Notes under the pieces: model-generated | Database searches by the model: none | What the model was told of the DNA's origin: nothing | Seen by the model: only the letters and a program-made list of their open reading frames with translations | Position numbers and translations under genes: made by a program | NCBI GenBank assembly: GCA_963823655.1 | Contig: CAWGMK010000010.1 | Location: forward strand, 425,755-457,754 | Direction: 5' to 3' | Source: an uncultured Bacillota bacterium | GTDB lineage: Bacteria > Bacillota > DTU025 > MWDF01 | Length of the DNA stretch: 32,000 nucleotides | Shown here: in pieces, positions 18,488 through 27,982 of the stretch | How the letters are laid out: the number at the start of each line of letters is the position of its first letter | Position numbering within the stretch: the first letter of the stretch is position 1

Positions 18488-20644
18488 ATGAGAAAGCGCA
18501 TCCGTAAGCCCAAAGGGCCGGCAACAGCCATTATCCTGCTCATAGCCCTCGTACTTCTTCTGCAGCCGTCAATTGCGGCTGCGGCCGGGACGAATGTCAA
18601 GGTAACAGCCGAAAGGCTGGTTTATGAGGGCTCGGACATATGGCGCGCCGAGGGCAAGGTTGAGGTTTCCTTCGATGATGTCGTGGTGAGGGCTGATACC
18701 GCAAGAATCGACCTTACGACGAACAAGGCCGAGCTCACAGGATCGGTTACAGTAGAAATGAAGGGCAGCGTCATCTCCTCGGGCCTTGCCGTCGTGGACA
18801 TAAAGACTAAGGAAGTCACTTTCGGGGCGTTCGAAGGGCGGGTAAGCGACGAGCGGGTAGAAGGGTACATCTACATCAACGGGGCCGGGTTCACCGAGAA
18901 GGACGGAGACTACAAGCTGACGGATGGCTATCTGACCACATGCGACCTGCCTCAGCCTCACTACAGGATAGAGGCCAAAAGCATAGAGTTCACCGAAGCT
19001 GACGTCATAGTCGCAAAAGACGTTTCATACTTCGAGGGCAATATTAGGCTCCTGCGCCTTCCTTCGCTGACCATACCTCTTAGGGAGGAGGACAGGATCA
19101 TCCTTCCTGAGTTCGGCTGGAGCGGAATAGACGGCGCATACATCAAAACTACGATGAAAAGGCAGCTTAACGAGGACAACAGGCTGACACTAAGGCTGGA
19201 TTTCTTCACGGTAAGCGGCCTGGGGCTGGGCCTGAAGCACGAGTACGGCATAGAACGGCAAAGGTGAATGGATACTACTCCCTGTATGTGCTAAAAAGCC
19301 TGATGAACCCCGCCTCCGACTGGACCGCCGAGATCTCGCAGACGCTTAAGCTGCCTTTGGATATCATAGCGACCGGCAAGTATTCTTACAGGAATACAAC
19401 AAATGCGAGCCTTGCCAAATCGGAGGAGCACTTCGCCGAGCTCAAACTGAACAGGAGCGTGGAGGACGACAAGACCGCGATTGCCGCATCTTACCGATAC
19501 AAGGACGCAGTAGCCGATACATCCACCTTGAACTTGTCTGCATCCCACTCCATGACGCTCTTAGAGGATATCAAGCTGTCGGGAAGCGTAAGCTACAGGA
19601 GGACCGAGATAAACGACGCTTTGAATTTCGAGAGCATGACTTACAAGGCAACTTTGTCCCACCAGACGGAACAGGGAAGGCTTACGCTAAACGTCCAGGC
19701 CTCCGAAACGATGAACGAAAGCCAGGAAGTAGTCGTCGCTTCGTTGAAAAGGCTGCCTGAGCTGCAAATAGAGCTTTTCAAGATGCCTATCGGGAAGCTG
19801 CCTTTAAACATCGGCGTCAAGATGACTGCCGGCAGGTACGTGGAGAGGATTCTCAATACTGACCCGATAGAGTTCTCTGGATGCGGGCAAGGGCGAGGCT
19901 GATATTAGCCTTGCCATCGACAGGGTGGACCTTTGGGGATTCGCCACATACGATCTGGCCGGCACATTTATCGGCAGCCTCTACTCTACCGGGGATTCAA
20001 GGGCGTACCTTGGCGTAGCGACTTCGCTGAATGTGACTCCGATAAAGGGATGGGGCATAAAGCTGTCGTACGATTACTTGAAGGGCTTCGGTTCGAGCCC
20101 ATACAGGTTCGACGCGCTTAACGAGAAGAACAAGATTGCCCTGTCTACTTCCGCTTCGTTCTACGGCGTAACTGCTTCTGCTTCGTCGGGCTACGACTTC
20201 ATCAAACTGAAGTACGACAGCCTCTCCGCGGGGCTAGGCTACAAATTTGAGGACAAGTACCAGGCGGATGTCACAGCGAAGCTTTCCCTGCCGGATTTCG
20301 GGATACAGACTATTGTAGGAAGGCTCACCATAAGCCCTATCGAGGAAGTAAGCCTGAAGTTCGGCCTAGAGTACAATGGTTCGCTCAACAAGATTAGCAA
20401 GATCGAGACGAGCGGGAGCCTTAGCATACTCAAGGAGTGGAAGGTAGGCTGGGCGGTAATATACGATGTGGCGAGGGAAGGCTTGAGGAAGGCGGACTTC
20501 GCGCTGACAAAGGATTTGCACTGCAGGGAGATAACGGCAGGCTACCAGGTCGTTGACAAGAGGTTCTTCGTCAACTTCAAGTTCAAGGCCTTCCCTGACA
20601 TACCGATCGGGATCGGCTCGGACGACTGGAGCCTATTTAACTAG
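18488..20644 (+). CDS. lptD: LptD/OstA-like LPS-assembly outer membrane protein module (own signal-peptide-like start; two frame breaks: fragments to 19267, 19264..19902, 19925..20644)
   Basis: From in-frame ATG 18488: MRKRIRKPKGPATAIILLIALVLLLQPSIAAAAG (n-, h- and AxA-like regions). Next comes an OstA_N-like stretch, TNVKVTAERLVYEGSDIWRAEGKVEVSFDDVVVRADTARIDLTTNKAELTGSV. The LptD-like signature GYLTTCDLPQPHYRIEAKSIEF...NIRLLRLPSLTIPL follows. Beta-rich sequence continues across breaks at ~19260-19262 (aaa; frame 2 to 1) and ~19874-19880 (frame 1 to 2). The total is 719 codons, matching my recollection of LptD proteins as 700-800 aa. Confidence 0.7.
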
Positions 20645-20671
20645 AAACCGCAAGGAAGGAGGGCTTACGTC

Positions 20672-21316
20672 GTGAATACCAGGGTGGGGATAGCGATATT
20701 CCTGATTTTCGCAGCTCTCGTGGGCGTGTCCTACTATTACGGTTTCGTTAGGCAGGAGCCCTCAATAGAGGCGGCGCAAGAGGCGGTTGACGACAAGGAC
20801 CTTCCTGAAGTGCTCATAAAGGGGCTTACGATATCTAGCTGGACCGGCGGCGCAAGGGTTTGGGAGATGAAAGCCGACAGCATGGAGCTGCCCCGATTCG
20901 GCAGGAACGCCACGCTCACAGGCATCAAGGAAGGCACCATATTTAGGGATGATGTAGCTTATCTGGGCTTTTCCGCGGGCAGGGCGGCCGTCGACGGCAG
21001 GAACAGGATGCAGTTTTCGGAAGGCGTGCTGATCATGTCTCAGGGCAAACCCCTGATGGTAACCGAGTCGATGGTATGGGACCCTGTGACGCAGCTGGTC
21101 AACATCCCCGGAGAGACCGAGATAACGGCGGACGGCAGCAAGGTGACGGCGAAGAACCTTACGGTGGACCTTAAGGACGAGTACATTTCTACGACCGGCG
21201 ATATAATCGCCCAGCAGGGCGACAGCGTAAAGATAACGGCAGGGAACATGAGGTATTCGGTCACCAGGCGCGAGATGGAGATCATCGGGCCTTTGACGAT
21301 AACGATAGACCTCTAG
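20672..21316 (+). CDS. lptC: LptC-like membrane-anchored periplasmic protein
   Basis: Single N-terminal TM (VGIAIFLIFAALVGVSYYYGF) followed by ~180 aa of beta-rich sequence. It sits directly upstream of lptA-lptB, as in canonical lptCAB operons. Assignment rests on architecture and context, not strong motifs. GTG start with aggaggg upstream. Confidence 0.55.
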   Translation: MNTRVGIAIFLIFAALVGVSYYYGFVRQEPSIEAAQEAVDDKDLPEVLIKGLTISSWTGGARVWEMKADSMELPRFGRNATLTGIKEGTIFRDDVAYLGFSAGRAAVDGRNRMQFSEGVLIMSQGKPLMVTESMVWDPVTQLVNIPGETEITADGSKVTAKNLTVDLKDEYISTTGDIIAQQGDSVKITAGNMRYSVTRREMEIIGPLTITIDL

Positions 21317-21331
21317 GAAAGGGGTGCACAG

Positions 21332-21994
21332 ATGATAAAGAGCAGATCAAGAACGGCAATCGCCGCGGCACTGATCATCCTGGTACTGGCCTCTACGGCG
21401 CTTGCGGCCAAACAGGTCAAGATCACAGCCTCCAAGAAGCTCAGCTACCAGGGCGCCAAAGGCGACGCAATGGTAGAGGGCGACGTAAAAATCGAATACG
21501 ACACTACCCTGATTACAGCCGATAAAGTGATTTTCAACAGCGACAACAAAACGGCTAGGGTGGACAGCGGCGTGCGCATAGTGCAGGACAATATCGTCAT
21601 CACGGCCAATGTCATGAACGCCGACTTTAAAACCGAGAAAGTCATGGTCAGCGGCAATGTTAAGCTGGAGATGACAGAGACTCTTGCCGAGAAGGATGCC
21701 AACGGCGTCGCAAAGAAGGATGTCGTGCTGCTTTTAACTTCAAGCATGACTATTGATATCAATACAAACGACTTCACGGCGTCCGGCGGAATAATAATAA
21801 CCAAGGACAAACAGAAGGCACAGTCCGGAAGCGCTGCATACATCGAGGCTGAGAAGAAGATAACCCTTACGGGAAATGTCAGTATCGAGACCAGCGACGG
21901 CGATACCGTAAAGGCCGAAAAAGCGGTCATCTATACGGACAAGGATACTTTCGAAGCCGAGGGCGAACGCATAGAGATCAACTTCATCGTATAG
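21332..21994 (+). CDS. lptA: LptA/OstA-family periplasmic LPS transport protein
   Basis: Signal peptide ...LASTALAAKQ. Repeated OstA_N-type strands follow (KITASKKLSYQGAKGDAMVEGDVKIEYDTTLITADKVIFNSDNKTARVDSGVRIVQDNIVITANVMNADFKTEKVMVSGNVKL). It lies immediately upstream of lptB. Confidence 0.75.
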   Translation: MIKSRSRTAIAAALIILVLASTALAAKQVKITASKKLSYQGAKGDAMVEGDVKIEYDTTLITADKVIFNSDNKTARVDSGVRIVQDNIVITANVMNADFKTEKVMVSGNVKLEMTETLAEKDANGVAKKDVVLLLTSSMTIDINTNDFTASGGIIITKDKQKAQSGSAAYIEAEKKITLTGNVSIETSDGDTVKAEKAVIYTDKDTFEAEGERIEINFIV

Positions 21995-22010
21995 CGTTAT
22001 CGGAGGCAAC

Positions 22011-22730
22011 ATGGGAATTAGGGCGGTCAAGCTTACGAAGTCGTTCTCCGGCCGGAATGTGGTGGACGGGGTCGACATCAACCTGGAGCGCGGGGAGGCA
22101 GTGGGACTTTTCGGACCCAACGGGGCCGGGAAGACCACGACCTTCTACATGCTCCTGGGGCTTGAAGTGCCCGATTCCGGCCTTATCGAAGTGGACGGCC
22201 GCGACGTCACCGAATTGCCCGTTCACATGAGGGCCCAGCTTGGCATAGGATATCTGGCCCAGGAGCCTTCGATATTCAAGCGCATGAGCGTACAGGGCAA
22301 CATCGCCTCTGTGCTAGAGACGCTCAGGCTGCCCGCAAGGCAGGTCAGGCAGAAAACTCAGGACCTGCTTGAGGAGTTCAACCTGACCGATATCAGAAGG
22401 CAGATGGGCTTTACCCTGTCAGGCGGAGAGCGAAGGCGAGTGGAGATCGCAAGGGCCGTGGCTATAGCACCTTCCTACCTGCTACTCGACGAGCCTTTCA
22501 CGGGAGTTGACCCTTTAGCTGTGATGGAGATACAGGGCATAATAAGAAGGCTGAAGTCGCAGGGGCTTGGCGTGCTGATTACTGACCACAATGTGCGCGA
22601 TACGATGGCGATAACCGACAGAGGGTATATAATGTATACAGGCAACATACTTGTATCAGGCACTCCGGAGCAGATTTCGGCGGACCCGCTGGCAAGGAGA
22701 TTTTACCTTGGCGACTCATTCAGCTTCTAA
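22011..22730 (+). CDS. lptB: LPS export ABC transporter ATP-binding protein LptB
   Basis: Walker A GPNGAGKTTTFYM, Q-loop YLAQEPSIF, signature LSGGERRRVEIARA, Walker B LLLDEPFTGVDP, H-loop ITDHNV. 239 aa, with the C-terminal ARRFYLG typical of LptB. Confidence 0.9.
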   Translation: MGIRAVKLTKSFSGRNVVDGVDINLERGEAVGLFGPNGAGKTTTFYMLLGLEVPDSGLIEVDGRDVTELPVHMRAQLGIGYLAQEPSIFKRMSVQGNIASVLETLRLPARQVRQKTQDLLEEFNLTDIRRQMGFTLSGGERRRVEIARAVAIAPSYLLLDEPFTGVDPLAVMEIQGIIRRLKSQGLGVLITDHNVRDTMAITDRGYIMYTGNILVSGTPEQISADPLARRFYLGDSFSF

Positions 22731-22742
22731 CCGGAGGTTTAT

Positions 22743-24083
22743 TTGAACGGAGTAGTGCTGATTGCCGTATTGGCAATAATAGGAGGCCTTGTCGCAATCG
22801 CAGGCGACAGGATAGGCATGCGCATAGGGCGCAAGAGGCTTACCCTCTTCGGGCTCAGGCCGAGGCACACTTCTATTCTGATAACCTTCATAACCGGCAT
22901 CGTGGTCGTCGCGCTCACTGTCGCTGTCTTGTCCCTGCTTTCTGAGAACGTAAGGATTGCGATCTTCAAGATACAGGAGCTTCGCAGCGACCTTGCGGAA
23001 ACGAATGAAGTGCTCAAGGTTACCAAACAGGAATTGACCCTCAAGATGGACGAAGCGCAGCAGCTTACCGACAGGGTGGAGAGCATCGGCAAGCAGTATG
23101 AGTCCTTGAAGTCCGATTATGGGATAATCAGTGCCGAGCTTAGCGATGCGAACGCCGAGAAGGTTCAGACATATAATGAGTTGAAAAGCCTGAAAACGGG
23201 CCTTGAGGAAATACAAAGGAAGCTCGTTTCCACAGAACAGGATTTAAACGCCGCAAGCGCGGAAATCGTCGAATCGGATTTGATGCTAAAAAGCCAGCAG
23301 AGCGAGATTTCGGGCTTGTCATCCGAAAGGGAGCTGCTCGAAAAGGAGATCCTAAGCCTTCAGGACACCAGATCAAAGCTCATCGAAGAGGCAGCGGTGC
23401 TTGAAAAGCAAGTGGACAGCCTGATGCAGACAAGCCTGCTGCTCATACAGAGCAAGCAGACCTCGATGACAAGGCAGGTCATCTTTTATGCCGATCAGAT
23501 TATATTGGGTACTGTGATAGACTGCGTGCAGCCTGTTGAAATCATCCATACCCAGATAAACGACTTCCTGATAAAGGTCAACACGCTGGCCAAATCAAAG
23601 GGCGCGGGGGAAGTGGCGGGCCGCCAGGACGGCTCCGTGCTGAATTTCGACGAGGACAATGTTCTTAGTGCTTTCCAGAAAGTATATTCGTCTTCCGGCA
23701 AGGTGGTAATGAGGGCCGTATCGCCGGTCAACAGCTGGCCGGGCGAACCTCTTTGGATTTCTCTTCATACATTGCCGGATGAATTGATCTTCTTTGAAGG
23801 CCAAGTAGTCGCCAGCAGGGATGCAGACGGCAGGCTCGGAGCCGACAGGATACAGCTTGAGATTCTAGGCCTAATTGAAGAGGTAAATGCGATTGCGCTG
23901 GCCAAAGGCATGGTTAGCGACGATGAAGGGCGCATAGGGACTTTCATTAAAGCCCTTCAATTTACCGAGGCAATCATCGCGGCTTTGGAGTCGGGCCGCA
24001 CAGTCAAGATAGAAGTCAAAGCGGAAGAGGACATCTGGCGCAGTGATAGCACACCTACAATGGGTTTGCATGTGGTATATTAA
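22743..24083 (+). CDS. DUF3084-like membrane-anchored coiled-coil protein of unknown function
   Basis: TTG start with ggagg upstream. The N-terminus VLIAVLAIIGGLVAIAGDRIGMRIGRKRLTLFGLRPRHTSILITFITGIVVVALTV matches my recollection of the DUF3084 signature (GDRxG..GKKRL.LFGLRPRHT). About 170 aa of heptad-like Glu/Leu/Lys-rich sequence follow, then a ~200-aa globular C-terminus. Confidence 0.6.
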   Translation: MNGVVLIAVLAIIGGLVAIAGDRIGMRIGRKRLTLFGLRPRHTSILITFITGIVVVALTVAVLSLLSENVRIAIFKIQELRSDLAETNEVLKVTKQELTLKMDEAQQLTDRVESIGKQYESLKSDYGIISAELSDANAEKVQTYNELKSLKTGLEEIQRKLVSTEQDLNAASAEIVESDLMLKSQQSEISGLSSERELLEKEILSLQDTRSKLIEEAAVLEKQVDSLMQTSLLLIQSKQTSMTRQVIFYADQIILGTVIDCVQPVEIIHTQINDFLIKVNTLAKSKGAGEVAGRQDGSVLNFDEDNVLSAFQKVYSSSGKVVMRAVSPVNSWPGEPLWISLHTLPDELIFFEGQVVASRDADGRLGADRIQLEILGLIEEVNAIALAKGMVSDDEGRIGTFIKALQFTEAIIAALESGRTVKIEVKAEEDIWRSDSTPTMGLHVVY

Positions 24084-24117
24084 TTACATGATATTTTTCC
24101 AAGCCTTTTGCTCTGCC

Positions 24118-24147
24118 TTGATAAAAAAGCACAATTAGATGTATAAA
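24118..24147 (+). promoter_or_regulatory. Candidate promoter of the SLH-porin gene (-35 ttgata, 18-nt spacer, -10 tataaa) in an AT-rich 262-nt intergenic region
   Basis: ttgata at 24118-24123 and tataaa at 24142-24147. The flanking sequence 24084-24240 is visibly AT-rich compared with the rest of the window. Pattern match only. Confidence 0.4.
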
Positions 24148-24258
24148 GAAGAAGGATTACTAGCTTTATTGAAGAAAATATAAGAGAAAATACTATTCAA
24201 TGCCCTGCCCGTTCGCAAAAAAACATCAAAGGGCGCGCATAAGGGCGTAAGATCAAAC

Positions 24259-24292
24259 CACCGGTGAAGGAAACTAGGAAACTTCACTGGTG
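24259..24292 (+). promoter_or_regulatory. Stable hairpin in the putative 5' UTR of the SLH-porin gene
   Basis: caccggtgaag (24259-24269) pairs with cttcactggtg (24282-24292): 11 bp including one G-U, with a 12-nt loop. The flanking aaccacc (24256-24262) can also pair with ggtggtt (24309-24315). RBS aagggggg lies at 24329-24336 and the ATG at 24346. Confidence 0.5.
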
Positions 24293-24345
24293 CGGAGGTT
24301 TATGGTTTGGTGGTTAATCAACAAAGCCAAGGGGGGTAAGAACAC

Positions 24346-27300
24346 ATGAAGAGAACCGTAGCAATGCTAATTGCGGTTCTGCTTGCCGTGGCGGTAGCAT
24401 TACCAGTCATGGCAAGTCCGTACACGGATCTGCCCGATACACATTGGGCACTATCGGCCGTGTATGAGTTGTCCGCACTAGGAATCTTCGAAGGCTATCC
24501 TGACGGAACCTTCAAGGGACCGCAGCCAGCAACGAGGTACGAACTGGCAGTAGTCATCGCCAGGCTCCTGAAGTATCTGGACCAGGAGATAAGTGCCCGC
24601 ATGGCGGCATTGGAAGCCAAGATTCCGGCTGCCACAGCGGCGGCAGTCGTACCGACTCCGACTCCCGTACCGACACCCGCGCCGGTAACCACGGTTGTTC
24701 AGGTGGAGCCCGACCAGACAATTCTTGAGACCATTATCAGGGAGAAGATCGAAGCCCTGGTAGGGCCCAAGTTTGAGGACATTGACGAGAGGATCGCTGA
24801 ACTCTATGCAATGATCCAGGACCTCAAGACAGAGTTCTCCCGCGAGCTCTCAGTCCTTGGCGTCCGCGTGACAGCCCTGGAAGATGAACTCGCAAAGATC
24901 AAGGAGAGGCTGGCCAAAGCAGAGGCAAACATCGGCGCCCTGCAGCTCCAGCTGGATCCCGCTCTTGTAAGGATAACGGTCCTCGAGAGCAGAGCGAACG
25001 CAGTCGACAGGCAGCTTGAGGAGCTCAACCTCGCCCTGTCCCAGAAGGCGAACGCCCCCGAAGTAGAAGCGCTCAAGGCGCTAATACTCGGCCTCGAAAA
25101 GGACAACGCGGCACTAGCGGCAAGAGTAGCCGCCCTGGAAGGCAAGCCTGCGGTAGTGATACCGCCGATGCCTGTAATACCCGCCGCGGCCAAGCCTGAG
25201 GAAGTTGAGGCCCTTAAGGCCCTCATGCTTTCGATGGAAAGAGACAAGGCAGCCTTGGCAGCAAGGGTTTCCGCCCTTGAAGCCGTCAAGCCTGTAGTAG
25301 CTCCGGTAATTACAGCACCGGTCGTCCCGGCCCCTGTAGTGCCGGCGCCAGTAGTACCCCGCTCCAGTAGTAGTGAGCTCTGGAGTAAGCGCAGCCGAGC
25401 TAGCTGCAGTCAAGGCATTGGTGCTCAACCTCGAAGCTAACAAGGTCGACGTGCTTATGTCCAAGCTGGGCGCCCTCGAGTCCAAAGTACTCGCCCTCGA
25501 ATCCAAGCTCAACACAGTTGACACAAGGGTAGGCAACCTTGAGCTCAAGTCAAACGAGCTCGAAGCCGAAGTCGACATGGTGGCCGCGCAGTCCGGACAG
25601 AATGCAGCCGACATAATCGACCTCTACAGCCTCTCCTATAAGAATACCGATGATCTCAACTTCCTGAAGGCAGACCTTGCTGCAAAGTTTGCGGACCTTG
25701 AGGCCAGACTGGCCGCCAAGCCCGAAGCAGTAGCAAGCGTTTCAGGCGCAAGCCCTGAGAGCGTTGCCCTTCTGAAGTTGGACATCCTTGAGGCTCAGGA
25801 TGACATAGAGAAGCTGAAGGCCCTCTATGCGCAAGTCGGAGACCTCACCGCGCGCCTTGATGCAGCCGAGTCGAAGCTGATGCTCCTCGACGAGAAGGTT
25901 GCCATGCTCAATATGGACCTTGCGGCACTTGAGAGCGAGAAGGTAGACAATGCCCTCGTAAGGATCGGCCTGCTCGAGCTTCAGACCGCTGATCTATATG
26001 ACAAGTATGGCATGTTGGCTGACGGCCTCAACGCGATGGGCCTTGAAGTCACCAGGAACTCGGAAGACATCAACGACTTGTACATCCAGCAGAACAAGAC
26101 CAACAACCTGCTCAAGAACCTGGCAGCAGCTGACCTCGCCCTCAACGACAGGGTAGCGGCCATAGAAGCGGCCAACAAGATAAGCGCAGATGCCCTGGCA
26201 GCAAGGGTAGCTTCCCTTGAAGGCGCATCGGCAGAAGGCGCAGCGGAGACGCTAAGCCTTAAGAACGGCCTGATGGGATTGATCGACAAGGTATCGAACC
26301 TCTGGATCAACAAGTTCCTGCTCTCAGGATCGTTTGAAGTCAAGTTCACCGATGTGGCCGTCGTAATGGGATTGCCGTACAAAGATCCGTTCGACAACAC
26401 GACCACAGCTATAGTTCCGAGCAATTCGTACTACGGCAAGCTGACATTGAAGGCGACGATCAAGCCTGAGCCCGGCGTGGAAATCAATGTCGGTCTTAAT
26501 GCCGGCGTAGATACTTATGGCATAAGCGATGTCAGCGCCCTCGTGTTCAACGGCGACCTCGACATCAAGGTCACCTCGCCCAACGGCTACGGCCAGCTCA
26601 TCGGCGGCGAGCAGGCCAGGCCCAAGTATCTCAGCAAGTACGTATTCTCATCGATCCTGTTCGCAGACGAGGCGTTTGAAGGACTCGGCGGCTGGGCGAA
26701 GTTCGCACCCGGCATGGAAGGTCTGACACTGGGCGCCTCCGCAATAGTCGCGAAGAAGGGTTCGACCACCGACTTCAGGTATGTATGGGGAATGGCCGGC
26801 AATGTGAACTACGCTGACGTAGCCGATCTTACTCTCTACTACTTCGCAATCGATGACGCACCCAACTCGGGCGACATCCCGGGCGTCTATGATGGAACCG
26901 AAGATCACATCGGCCTCAGCGCAGACTTCAAAATGGGCGAGAACTGGACGGCAGGCGCATTCGCCAACCTGTTCTTCAACGATGTGAACCCGGATCCGGA
27001 GAGCGCAATCACCGCATACATCGATGGCAAGGTCGGAGTATGGAACATGAGCCTTGGCTTCGAGCGCGTGAGCGATGCCTACACACCGATGTATGCTGAG
27101 TTCGTCGACACCGACGATCCGGACATCATCGAGAACGACATAATGAACCTTACGATGAGCAATAGCTTCGACGTCCTGCCCAACCTGGTATTCGGTCTGG
27201 ATACCGAGCTCAACGGCGACGACGATTGGGCCAACCTGACCCATATCAACGAAGTGTATGCCAAGTACTCGTTCGGCAAGGCGACTGACCTGTTCAACGG

Positions 27301-27968
27301 ATCGCTGAAGCTCTACGGCGGACGTGAGTCCGACATAGTGATAGGCGGCATATGGAACGTACCCGTACCGGATGCCGACGGACTGTGCTATGCAGGAGCT
27401 GACCTCAAGCTGAAGCTTTACATCTTCAACGCGGGCTTCTCCTACTACACAGAGACCTACGACATAGCGGGTGTCTTTGCCGGAATAATACAACAAGTAC
27501 ACTGCATACCTCAACACGGAGCTCTCCCTCATACCCGACATCCTGAAGGCTAAGGCCGGATGGAAGGGCGTGTTCGGTGACTTCACAGGCAACTACCAGG
27601 AGCTCTACGGCGAGTTGAACCTCACCACCGGCTTCGCGGTCAAGTGGAACCTGGCAGCCAACCTGGGCGTGTACTTCAAGACCACAACGATGTTCAAGGT
27701 CTATGGCGATGCCAAGCTTACCTACAACCTGTCCAACACCGCCAGCCTCTACGCAATGGCAGCCGGCGAGTACAGGAACAGCGTAAGCGCAGCCAAGCCT
27801 GATGGCTTCGTGCTGTCAGCAGGCCTGGGCTACAACCAGAAGATCTTCAACGCTACGAGCCTTGTCGCAGACTTCACCACCAAGTACGTCAAGTACACCT
27901 ACAACCCCGGTGGATACGCCGACAACCTCGTGAACACGCTTGGCATAAAGCTGAGCACCACGTTCTAA
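24346..27968 (+). CDS. SLH-domain / long coiled-coil / C-terminal beta-barrel outer membrane protein (OmpM/SlpA-like OM-peptidoglycan tether and porin); two frame breaks (fragments 24346..25440, 25373..27553, 27570..27968)
   Basis: Signal peptide MKRTVAMLIAVLLAVAVALPVMA. SLH motif SPYTDLPDTHWALSAVYELSALGIFEGYPDGTFKGPQPATRYELAVVIARLL. Pro-rich linkers (PTPTPVPTPAPV; APVVPAPVVPAPVV). About 500 aa of heptad-like Ala/Leu/Glu sequence. A ~550-aa Gly/Tyr/Asn-rich alternating segment ends ...NTLGIKLSTTF (terminal Phe). Frame 1 to 2 break at cccc 25347-25350 (restores ...PAPVVPAPVVVSSGVSAAELAAVKAL). Frame 2 to 3 break near 27484-27489 (restores ...AGVFAGIYNKYTAYLNTELSL). About 1,206 codons when repaired. 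Confidence 0.8.
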
Positions 27969-27982
27969 GCTAAAACCGGACT

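Noticed and set aside
2117-27490. Programmed +1 ribosomal frameshifting as the explanation for the frame breaks
   Set aside because: The sites share no common slippery or shifty motif. Most have no nearby 0-frame stop or rare-codon pause such as the prfB CUU-UGA-type site, and one break goes in the opposite direction. Indel error or true pseudogenisation is more parsimonious.
26648-27592. 314-aa ORF on the minus strand, the longest antisense ORF in the track
   Set aside because: It lies entirely antisense to the barrel domain of the SLH-porin gene. It has no RBS or recognisable motifs, and its composition (Val/Cys/His/Arg-rich) is typical of shadow ORFs in GC-rich coding DNA.
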